A stretch of DNA of 27,363 nucleotides from a virus. Lineage: Duplodnaviria > Caudoviricetes. Location: positions 1 through 27,363 of IMG/VR virus record IMGVR_UViG_3300016657_000060; one strand, given 5' to 3'. The position numbers and the translations under genes were made by a program. Positions 1-7,345 of this stretch are shown here, in pieces; the first letter of the stretch is position 1, and each line of letters opens with the position of its first letter. Under the pieces are notes generated by a model. That model had not been told where the DNA came from. It was given only the letters and a program-made list of their open reading frames with translations, and ran no database searches.

Positions 1-364
1 ACGATTTTTGCAACAGAGCCATAGCGTTAGGATCGGGTTCAAACCATCGCGGATGCCGCTCAATGCCAACGAACCGCTCCGGAAACAGCTGCATCAACGA
101 ATTCGGCAGGCAGCGCTTGTGGAACTCGATCGCCGAGCAAAACCTCTCAACCGGATCCCGCCAGAAGGCATAGATAGCCGTTGGTGAGATGCTCTTCCCA
201 GGGAACTGCTCCTCAGCCAACCTGATCGCTTCCGGCAATGTGGGGTGGCGTCCCATCTCGCCAACCAGATCAACCCCGATCTGGCCAAGGACAGCCCTAG
301 CCGTTTGCGATCCGTTCTTTGGCACGCCGATGAACAGCGTCTTGCGGTCATGCGAAATGATCAT
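1..364 (-). CDS. Sulfotransferase family 2-like protein (3'-truncated by window edge; absent from the ORF track)
   Basis: Hand translation from ATG at 364: MIISHDRKTLFIGVPKNGSQTARAVL...IYAFWRDPVERFCSAIEF..., open to base 1. PKNGSQT resembles the 5'-phosphosulfate-binding loop and RDPVERFxSA the 3'-phosphate-binding motif. Starts 3 nt after the upstream stop. Confidence 0.8.
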   Translation of the reverse strand, partial: MIISHDRKTLFIGVPKNGSQTARAVLGQIGVDLVGEMGRHPTLPEAIRLAEEQFPGKSISPTAIYAFWRDPVERFCSAIEFHKRCLPNSLMQLFPERFVGIERHPRWFEPDPNAMALLQKS

Positions 365-367
365 GGG

Positions 368-1759
368 TCAGATCCCGGTCGTGGCGTTGGTGTAGGATCC
401 GGCTGCAAAGCTGTAGGTTGGGGTCCCCGCGGTCAGAGTGCGGCTCAGCAACGAGAAGCTGCGGAATGTCAGCGACCAAAAGGTGGTTCCAATACTGGGC
501 GACGACGTGTTGTAGGTCACGCCCTGCGTCGAGGCCCCAGCCACTGACCAGGTGCCGGTCTTTGATCCGTCGATTGGCACTTTGAAGATGGCGCCGCACA
601 GATCCATGTACCCGTAGGGCGAGAAGTCCATCATGGTGTAGATGGAGAACACCATGGCCGTCGAGCTAACCGCCAGGCCCGTGAGGCTGAAAGAGTTCGC
701 GCCATTGCTCGTGTCCAGGCTGACGGTGCGGGCCAGCAACAAGGTGCCATCGATCGAAAACTGATAGATGTCCGCCCCGGCATAGATCGGCGCAAAAACC
801 CGCAGACTGCCGTCTGGCCCGAGGCTCACCGACCCACTGCCGTAGCTGGAAGGCAGGGACAGCTGCCACTGGATCACAGCGCCAGAACTGATCTTGAGGA
901 GGCTCAGCGTGCCGTTGATGCCCGCGAGCCAGTAGATGTTGTTACTGCTGTCTACCGCAACGCCATAGCCGTAATCATAGCCAGTACTCCCGATCGAGCG
1001 CTGCCAGCTGACCGAGGGGGTGGCAGTGCTGATGACGTTGATCAGGGCATCGATGTTGCCCGCTGTTGACGTCGAGGTATTGCCAGAGAGGACCAGCAGG
1101 CTGCCGTCCGGGCTCAGCGCCATCTGGCTGGCATATTCGTTGCCGGAGCCGCCGATCGAGCGCTGCCACAGCAGGGTGCCGGCGCTGTTGTATTTGGCAA
1201 TCAGAGCATCGGCATTGCCGGAGCCACCGCTCGATGTTGAATAGCCGGCCACATAGACGTTGCCGGATGCATCGACCGCCGCATTGTACCAGATTTCCTG
1301 GCCGGAGCCGTTGAGGCTGCGCTGCCATTGCAGGGTTCCCGAGGTGTCGAGCTTGGCCAGCCAGCCATAGTAGTTGCTCGAGTAGTAGGCCCCGGCAAGG
1401 TAGACATTCCCGCTGGCATCAATCCAGCCCCCGTTGATGAAAGGCCCAGAGACGTTTCGGGCCCATATGAGCGCGCCGTCACGGTCCCATTTGAAGACCG
1501 CGCTCGTGGCACTGGCGTAGATGTTGCCGCTGCTGTCAGTGCCCAGGATCAGGAAATTGACCACGGTCGAGCCAAAGGTCGCATACCAGAAGCTCTCGTT
1601 CGACTTTCCGTAGAGGTTGGAGAGCGAGATCGGCCCGGATGCGACACCAGCCAGCGTACGGACTGCCGCCTCGCCGAGTGAAGTCGTGGTAGTCGATGTG
1701 CGGCCTAGTTCGACGGCGACGTTGCCAAGCGAGATCGGCCCCGAACTCTGCAGGGTCAT
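368..1759 (-). CDS. Putative fibre-tip adhesin: short N-terminal docking domain plus SBBP-like beta-propeller
   Basis: N-terminus MTLQSSGPISLGNVAVELG...GPISLSNLYGKS; repeated blades such as WQRSxxGSGxE/D...VDxSxNxY; ATGA overlap with the S74 fibre gene. Confidence 0.7.
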   Translation of the reverse strand: MTLQSSGPISLGNVAVELGRTSTTTTSLGEAAVRTLAGVASGPISLSNLYGKSNESFWYATFGSTVVNFLILGTDSSGNIYASATSAVFKWDRDGALIWARNVSGPFINGGWIDASGNVYLAGAYYSSNYYGWLAKLDTSGTLQWQRSLNGSGQEIWYNAAVDASGNVYVAGYSTSSGGSGNADALIAKYNSAGTLLWQRSIGGSGNEYASQMALSPDGSLLVLSGNTSTSTAGNIDALINVISTATPSVSWQRSIGSTGYDYGYGVAVDSSNNIYWLAGINGTLSLLKISSGAVIQWQLSLPSSYGSGSVSLGPDGSLRVFAPIYAGADIYQFSIDGTLLLARTVSLDTSNGANSFSLTGLAVSSTAMVFSIYTMMDFSPYGYMDLCGAIFKVPIDGSKTGTWSVAGASTQGVTYNTSSPSIGTTFWSLTFRSFSLLSRTLTAGTPTYSFAAGSYTNATTGI

Positions 1760-2616
1760 GGTTGGGCCTCGAGGCGATCGACCTTGTCGGCCAGGTCCTT
1801 CACGGCCTCGATCAGTACGCCGACGAGATTGCCATAGGCGACAGATAACAGACCATCTTCATGGGTCATGACCGCCGCGGGCACAATGGCTGCCAGTTCC
1901 TGGGCGATAAGACCAACGCCGCGATTGCCTGTGTCGCGCCGACTAAAGGTAACACCACGAAGTTTCCGGACCCGGTCCAGAGCGCCAGTGATCGTCTCGA
2001 TGTCCGTCTTCAGGCGGGCGTCGGAATAGGCCGTGATATCGCCGGTCGCGGTAATCGAGCCAGACACGGAAATACTGCCGGTAAAGCTGTCGCCGGCCTT
2101 GTTGGCAGGCGTATAGCCAAGAGCGCTAGTGACATCGCCGGAGGTCATCGATGAGCCCGCGGTGACCCGCCCTTTGGCATCGACCGTGACCTTGAGATAG
2201 GTTCCAGCCGTCACGCCGCTATTCGCCAGTGTTGCGGCAAATGACAGAGCCGCCGAGCCGTCAAATGCCGCGCTGGTGCCGGTCACATCGCCGGTCAGCG
2301 TAATGGTGCGCCCAGTCGCCCACCTGGTCGCTGTCGCGGCATTGCCGGTGCAGGATCCTGACGAACCGGTGATCGACCCACTGGCCGTGATGTAGCCGCT
2401 GGGGTTAGTCGAATTGTACGGCGTGAACCCGAGCGCGGTCGTCACCATGGCCGAGGTCAGATTGCCAAAGCCCACCTGTACGACAGTGCCGCCCGCTGTC
2501 TTCGAATAGAGCTTCTGATCCGCCAGGTTGACCGCAAGTTCCCCCGCCTGGAGCGATCCCGCTGCAGGGACGCTTGAAGCGGTCGAGGACCGTTTGAGCA
2601 GGATGGTGCTCGGCAT
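1756..2616 (-). CDS. Tail fibre protein with gp37/Mtd-like N-terminal domain and C-terminal intramolecular chaperone (peptidase S74)
   Basis: N-terminal ILLKRS...GELAVNLADQKLY; C-terminal YSDARLKTDI...GLIAQE...VAYGNLVGVLIEAVKDL coiled coil. Confidence 0.88.
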   Translation of the reverse strand: MPSTILLKRSSTASSVPAAGSLQAGELAVNLADQKLYSKTAGGTVVQVGFGNLTSAMVTTALGFTPYNSTNPSGYITASGSITGSSGSCTGNAATATRWATGRTITLTGDVTGTSAAFDGSAALSFAATLANSGVTAGTYLKVTVDAKGRVTAGSSMTSGDVTSALGYTPANKAGDSFTGSISVSGSITATGDITAYSDARLKTDIETITGALDRVRKLRGVTFSRRDTGNRGVGLIAQELAAIVPAAVMTHEDGLLSVAYGNLVGVLIEAVKDLADKVDRLEAQP

Positions 2617-4157
2617 CAGAAGGTTCCACCATCCAGCGTCACGCCATCAATCGAGCCACCGGTGATGGCGACGTTGCTCGCTGCCTGCGTCGACATTGTG
2701 CCGAGCCCGGAGATGTCAGAATTGGGAATGGTCGCGGACGCCGTGAACGCCGCTGTGCCGTTGCCCTTGAGGTAGCCGGTGAGCGTGGTGGCCCCCGAGC
2801 CGCCTTTGGCCACGCCAAGCGTGCCGCCGATGTTCCCCAGCGTCAGGTTGGCCTCGTTGACATCGACGGTGGGATTGCCGGCCACGCCGTCACCATTGGT
2901 CACAGCGATCTTGTTGGATCCGGCGGTGAGCGTCCGTCCGGTGACAGTGTCTGCAGCTGTCCGGACGACCAGGCCGTTCGTTGCGAGGTTGTGGAGCGCA
3001 AGGGCTTGGCCCGTCAGAGCGATGCTGTCGGCTGCAACCGAGATACCGGTCCCGGCGCCCACATCAATGGTATTCCCGGTCTTGGTAAGGCCAGCCCCGG
3101 CAACGATCTGTCCGGCACCGTTGAACTGGACGAAGGTAATGGCCGTGGTACCGAGCGTGCCGCCCGCATCGACGGTGCAGAGAAAGCCAACGTCCGCATT
3201 GACCGTGCCCTGTTCGACGAACAGGTAGGCCGCCACATGTTCGGCCCAGGTCGAGAGGTCATCTGCCCGGGCCCAGGCACCTGCGGCCACGACATAGACG
3301 CCATTCGTAGACGGGGTTGTCTGATCCTTCACCAGCACACGATCGCCCGCAACAAGCGCCACGCCGTCGATAGTCATGGCACCCGACAGGGAGGCGATGT
3401 TGGCGGTAGTTGCCGCCTTCACAGAGGCCTTCGGATCAAGGCCCTGGACCGTCAGATCGACGTAATTCTTGGTGGCCGCATCTTGCGCAGCGGTTGGATC
3501 AGCAAGGCCAGTGATCCGCTGGCTGTTCAAGGCGACCGCAGCCGTCGGAGCCGCCATCTGGTCGAGACGGTTCGCACGCACCCGAACGTCGGTGTAGTAG
3601 AGGTTCGTGCCTTCGGAGACGTCAGTCGTGGTGAGCACAATCGCACCGGTGCGACCTGCAACCGAGGTGACCGGAAAAGTGATTGCGACATTGCTGGCGG
3701 CGGTCACGCGCCCCTTGGCATCTACCGTGACCTGACCAACCTGCGTGGCTGAACCATAGGTCCCGGCGGTCACACCGCTATTGGCAAGCGTTGCCGCAAT
3801 CGTCGCATTGGCGCTGCCATCAAAGGAAACGGTGCCCGTAACATCACCCGACAGCCCCAGCGTGCGGGCGGTCGCGAGCTTGGTTGCGGTGCCGGCATTG
3901 CCATCGATCGATCCGGAAATGATCGAGCTGAACGTCTTGGCCCCGGCGATGGTCTGGGCGCCAGTCGTGGCGACAAATGCGCCAGAGCCGCCGATGGCGA
4001 TCACCGAGGTCGCTGTACCTCCAGCGCCGCCCGTCCCGGTGCCATAATAGAGGGTGTTGTCCTGTTCGTTGAACGCCAGCTCAGCATTGGCGAGCGACGC
4101 GGGAGCGCCGGCCGCACCGCCTGCGGCCCGGCGCTTGATACGCAGGGTATTGGACAT
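2616..4157 (-). CDS. Long fibre shaft protein (gp37/Mtd-like N-terminus, ends LDGGTF)
   Basis: N-terminal LRIKRR...[13 protein letters not shown]; G/T/A-rich fibre repeats ([54 protein letters not shown]). Confidence 0.82.
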   Translation of the reverse strand: MSNTLRIKRRAAGGAAGAPASLANAELAFNEQDNTLYYGTGTGGAGGTATSVIAIGGSGAFVATTGAQTIAGAKTFSSIISGSIDGNAGTATKLATARTLGLSGDVTGTVSFDGSANATIAATLANSGVTAGTYGSATQVGQVTVDAKGRVTAASNVAITFPVTSVAGRTGAIVLTTTDVSEGTNLYYTDVRVRANRLDQMAAPTAAVALNSQRITGLADPTAAQDAATKNYVDLTVQGLDPKASVKAATTANIASLSGAMTIDGVALVAGDRVLVKDQTTPSTNGVYVVAAGAWARADDLSTWAEHVAAYLFVEQGTVNADVGFLCTVDAGGTLGTTAITFVQFNGAGQIVAGAGLTKTGNTIDVGAGTGISVAADSIALTGQALALHNLATNGLVVRTAADTVTGRTLTAGSNKIAVTNGDGVAGNPTVDVNEANLTLGNIGGTLGVAKGGSGATTLTGYLKGNGTAAFTASATIPNSDISGLGTMSTQAASNVAITGGSIDGVTLDGGTF

Positions 4158-4441
4158 CAGAAATTACCTCCGTCGACCAGTCTGGTCGCCTTCTCGTTGA
4201 TCCATGTGTTGGTGGGGGATGAGTATGTGAGGACGTCGCCGCCCTCGGGCAGACTAAGCGCCACATCGGACAAGTCCGTGAGCGTGCTGAGCGGCCCGGG
4301 CGGCCCTGGTGGGCCCTGAGGTCCGGTGAACCCACGCGGCCCCGAGATCCCGGCGCTCGACACATCAAGTGTGACGCTGGTGCCATCGCTCTCCACGAGG
4401 ATGGTCTGAACCGCCTCGACGATCTGCAGCGCGGACGTCAT
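4157..4441 (-). CDS. Small collagen-like fibre adaptor (ends VDGGNF)
   Basis: GxY run [20 protein letters not shown], then LTDLSDV...GDVLTY...WIN motif typical of phage fibres. Confidence 0.75.
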   Translation of the reverse strand: MTSALQIVEAVQTILVESDGTSVTLDVSSAGISGPRGFTGPQGPPGPPGPLSTLTDLSDVALSLPEGGDVLTYSSPTNTWINEKATRLVDGGNF

Positions 4442-4749
4442 TCGACATCAAACGTGAGGGTCGGTAGAACCTCACGCTCCCCGCTGTCGTTCTCAAAGCC
4501 CAGCGTCAGCCAGACCTTGCCTGCCCCTGCATGGAGGGGTGCTGTCTGCTCGTCGCTCCAGAGTACTTCAATCTGGCCGCCGCTGGGCGGGGGCAGGATC
4601 GACAGCGACGGCGGCGCGATATTGGGGCTCTGATCGATGACCATGAGCGTGAGGCCCGAAAGGTCCCGGGCGAGCCCTGCAGTCTGGTCGACAAAGAAGG
4701 TGGCGCGCACGCGCTTGGTGCCGCCCCGGCGGATGGTCAGCCTGGTCAT
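4438..4749 (-). CDS. 103-aa putative fibre-anchoring protein (BppU N-terminal-like beta-sandwich)
   Basis: Start re-assigned to ATG at 4749 (MTRLTIRRGGT...DLSG...IEVLWSDEQTAPL). The longer 5013 start overlaps the holin gene. ATGA overlap with the next gene. Confidence 0.55.
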   Translation of the reverse strand: MTRLTIRRGGTKRVRATFFVDQTAGLARDLSGLTLMVIDQSPNIAPPSLSILPPPSGGQIEVLWSDEQTAPLHAGAGKVWLTLGFENDSGEREVLPTLTFDVE

Positions 4750-4775
4750 GCCTGCACCTGTCTGGGAAATAGAGT

Positions 4776-4797
4776 GGCGGAGACCGAAGCCTCCGCC
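4776..4797 (-). terminator. GC-rich hairpin with cUUCGg tetraloop, weak terminator or RNA stability element
   Basis: Minus strand GGCGGAGGC-TTCG-GTCTCCGCC followed by ACTCTATTTCC; intergenic between holin and fibre cassette. Confidence 0.55.
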
Positions 4798-4805
4798 GAA
4801 GTGGA

Positions 4806-5000
4806 TCAACCGATCCGGGCTGTGGCCGTCTTGCGGAACACGACGCCGCCAATGCCGGTCAGGGCCAGTACAACGGTCAGGACATCCGTCTGATCGAGGC
4901 CTTGCGGCAGGATGCCGAGCGTGCCGGCTGCGCCCCAGAGGCTGCCGATGACGCCGGTCCAGATGGCCTTCGAGGTCCACCAGGGTTTCAGGTCTTCCAT
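4806..5000 (-). CDS. Putative holin
   Basis: 64 aa, KPWWTSKAIW N-terminal motif, two hydrophobic segments, basic C-terminus, GGAG RBS, adjacent to endolysin. Confidence 0.75.
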   Translation of the reverse strand: MEDLKPWWTSKAIWTGVIGSLWGAAGTLGILPQGLDQTDVLTVVLALTGIGGVVFRKTATARIG

Positions 5001-5014
5001 GTAACTTCTCCAAT

Positions 5015-5038
5015 AAAAAACCCGCCAGAAACGGCGGG
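5015..5038 (-). terminator. Intrinsic terminator between endolysin and holin
   Basis: Minus strand CCCGCC-GTTTCT-GGCGGG-TTTTTT. Confidence 0.75.
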
Positions 5039-5080
5039 CGGACGATCCGGCTGCTTGGGCACAGCGGATGAGGGATGATG

Positions 5081-5620
5081 TCAGGCTTCGTTCACCGAGA
5101 GAGCGCCAGTTGCGGCAAGTTCGACCGGCTTCGCTGTTGCGGGCGCCGCCTTGTAGACGGGGCGGCGCACGGCAATGCAGCGGTCCTTCGCGATGCGAGT
5201 GATATTCACGCCGTCGGACTGGTTGCCGCCCAGCACGTGGAAGGCGCCGTAATCCTCGCCGATGTAGATCCCGACATGGCCAGAGGTCTCGCCGCGGCGG
5301 AACACCAGCACATCACCCAGCTGCGGCTTGGCGCTCCCGTCCTTGCCAAAATTGACCCAGCTACGCGCCCAGAGCGGCTGTGTTGGGAGCGCCTTGCCGG
5401 CGCGCTTGGCGACAATGGCCACGAACAGCCCGCACCACGGGATCTCGTCATGATTGTAGACCTTGGCGAGCCCAAGCTCTTTGGCCCAGCCAAGGATCAC
5501 CGGGTTGTCGGCCGGACCCCGGGCCTCGATGGTGCCGTAGAGCTTGCGGGCCTCTGCCACCATCCGGGGCAGCGGCTGCAGGTCATCAATCCAGCCATAG
5601 GCCGGAGGAAGCGCGTTCAT
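5081..5620 (-). CDS. TIGR02594-family NlpC/P60-CHAP-like peptidoglycan hydrolase (probable endolysin)
   Basis: DEIPWCGLF, ARSW, GDVLVFRR, GHVG and VLGGNQSD motifs (Cys/His catalytic pair). Confidence 0.88.
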   Translation of the reverse strand: MNALPPAYGWIDDLQPLPRMVAEARKLYGTIEARGPADNPVILGWAKELGLAKVYNHDEIPWCGLFVAIVAKRAGKALPTQPLWARSWVNFGKDGSAKPQLGDVLVFRRGETSGHVGIYIGEDYGAFHVLGGNQSDGVNITRIAKDRCIAVRRPVYKAAPATAKPVELAATGALSVNEA

Positions 5621-5636
5621 TCCTGTTCTCCTGAGA

Positions 5637-5852
5637 TTAGCGGCCTTCGAAGCCCTTGATGGCCGCGAAGATGACCGCGAAGGCCGTGACGAGGGTCGAA
5701 AGCCACTTCACAAAGCGGACCACACCCGTTGCCGTATTCCAGGCGTCGAGCAGGTCCTTCAGCTCCTTACGTACGGCCTTCAGCTCTTCCTGGACGGCTT
5801 CGAGGTCAGCGCGAATGAGCGCCATTTCCACGGCGGGATCCTGTTCAGACAT
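5637..5852 (-). CDS. Small coiled-coil plus single-TM membrane protein (XhlA-like lysis accessory or holin candidate)
   Basis: 71 aa; heptad region followed by hydrophobic FVKWLSTLVTAFAVIFAAI; directly upstream of endolysin. Confidence 0.6.
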   Translation of the reverse strand: MSEQDPAVEMALIRADLEAVQEELKAVRKELKDLLDAWNTATGVVRFVKWLSTLVTAFAVIFAAIKGFEGR

Positions 5853-5860
5853 AACGGGCC

Positions 5861-6442
5861 TCAGCGAATGGTGCAGATGATAGCGATGCCGCCTGCCGCC
5901 AGATCGACGGCGTAGCCGGGCATTGGATTGAAGTCGGTCCGTCGCTGCCAGGGGCCAGTCGCGTAGTGGGCAAACAGCGCGGCCTCGGTGAGCACGGTCG
6001 GCTCAGTCGTGACTTCGAAGCGGTAATTGGTCCCACTGGACCGCCCGAACCTACGGATGACGCAGCAGAGCTCGAAGCCTTCGAGAAAATGCCGGGTGAA
6101 GGTATCGCGGGGCAGATAGCCGCCGCCATTTTCGACGTTGTGGCAGCCTGCTGTCCAGCGCTGCGTGAGTTCACCATCGGGGCTGGTAAAAACGTAGTCG
6201 GCTGCGCCCGCTACCGCGACCGAGACATGCTCGTAGAGATCCCATTCGACGCCAGCATCATACATGTCGCCGATGGTCCGGTTGTCAATGGGCGGCACGA
6301 AGATCTGCGGCGTCCAGAGCCGCCAGCTTCCCTGTGGGCGGACGTAGGTCGTGCCATCCTTGAAGAGGCTGTAGCGGATCTCAAGATCCTCGTTGATCGG
6401 GAGCACGTCTTCTCGCGCTGTCGGATTGATGTGCTGGTACAT
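5861..6442 (-). CDS. Hypothetical protein, beta-rich
   Basis: 193 aa; fills the gap, starts 3 nt after the upstream stop; no recognised family. Confidence 0.7.
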   Translation of the reverse strand: MYQHINPTAREDVLPINEDLEIRYSLFKDGTTYVRPQGSWRLWTPQIFVPPIDNRTIGDMYDAGVEWDLYEHVSVAVAGAADYVFTSPDGELTQRWTAGCHNVENGGGYLPRDTFTRHFLEGFELCCVIRRFGRSSGTNYRFEVTTEPTVLTEAALFAHYATGPWQRRTDFNPMPGYAVDLAAGGIAIICTIR

Positions 6443-6445
6443 TCT

Positions 6446-7345
6446 TCACTCCAAAACCACATCGACCACCTCGAAGCAGGTGTGCGTACCTGACTGTGTG
6501 CCTGAGGTGCCGAGGGCCAAGCCCCCTGAACTCGCAGCAATCTGGAAGGTGTTGGTCGCAGCGTTAACGACGAAATAGACGGTATTCGCGCTGATCCCGC
6601 CGGGAAGCACTCCGGTCGTCTGGAACAGCACGCGGGCTCCGTTTGCCAAGCCGTGGCTCGTTGCGGTGACGGTCGCAGGGCTTGCGATGTTGATCGTTGG
6701 ATTGAGCGGTGTGCGCCCACCCGTCTTGTTGCCCGGCGTCGCTGTCGCGGCCTCGAAACGGGAGTAAATGTCCCAGTAGACCGTCTGAGTTCCCGACTGC
6801 GATCCCGACAGGGTGATCGCGGCCCCGCCCACCGTCGCGGCCACCTTGAAGGTGGTCGCGGTCACGTCGCGGGCATAATATTTGGTACCTGCGACCAGTC
6901 CTGTCGGAAGCGTGCCGCTGCTCGAAAACTTGATGGGCGTGCCTGCCGTGATCCCGCTCGTCGAACTCACTGTGAACGTGGCAGTCGAGATGGTGATGGT
7001 CACGGACTGGTTTGAGGCAAAATCCTGCGTGTAGGTGTCAAAGCTGTATTTGGTCCCGCCGAGGGTTATTGCCGTCGCAAATCCCGCCGGTATGTCGCCT
7101 GAAAACTGCAGACCAACGGGCCAACTGGTGCCGACATTGTCCTCGACCGAGTAAATGGCCTGGACCAGCTGCCCTCTAAAAGAGGTGGGACTGAGCACGC
7201 CGCCCATATTGTAGAGGATGCCGAGAGACCCGAACCCATAGTAGATCCAGTAAATGCCCTTGAAGCCTCCGTTCGCGTAGCCAACAGTCATCTGGTAACG
7301 GCTAGCGCCGCCCGCAGCGAGCAGCACCCCAAGCATCCCCGGCAT
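6446..7345 (-). CDS. Putative fibre-tip/receptor-binding protein with two tandem ~70-aa beta domains
   Basis: Repeats ...GTLPTGLVAGTKYYARDVTATTFKVAATVGG...GSQSGTQT and ...GVLPGGISANTVYFVVNAATNTFQIAASSGG...GTQSGTHT; TGATG overlap with the fibre gene. Confidence 0.65.
   Translation of the reverse strand: MPGMLGVLLAAGGASRYQMTVGYANGGFKGIYWIYYGFGSLGILYNMGGVLSPTSFRGQLVQAIYSVEDNVGTSWPVGLQFSGDIPAGFATAITLGGTKYSFDTYTQDFASNQSVTITISTATFTVSSTSGITAGTPIKFSSSGTLPTGLVAGTKYYARDVTATTFKVAATVGGAAITLSGSQSGTQTVYWDIYSRFEAATATPGNKTGGRTPLNPTINIASPATVTATSHGLANGARVLFQTTGVLPGGISANTVYFVVNAATNTFQIAASSGGLALGTSGTQSGTHTCFEVVDVVLE

Noticed and set aside
94-547. Track ORFs 94-351(-), 189-395(+), 245-547(+)
   Set aside because: They overlap the sulfotransferase-like frame (364 to <1) and the adhesin, which have far better motif support
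368-4157. Diversity-generating retroelement suggested by the Mtd-like N-termini
   Set aside because: No reverse transcriptase and no near-identical TR/VR pair with adenine-specific mismatches in the window; the repeats differ mainly at synonymous sites
4750-5013. N-terminal extension of the 191-aa ORF 4438-5013
   Set aside because: Overlaps the holin and a hairpin; low-complexity Arg/His-rich translation; ATG at 4749 preferred
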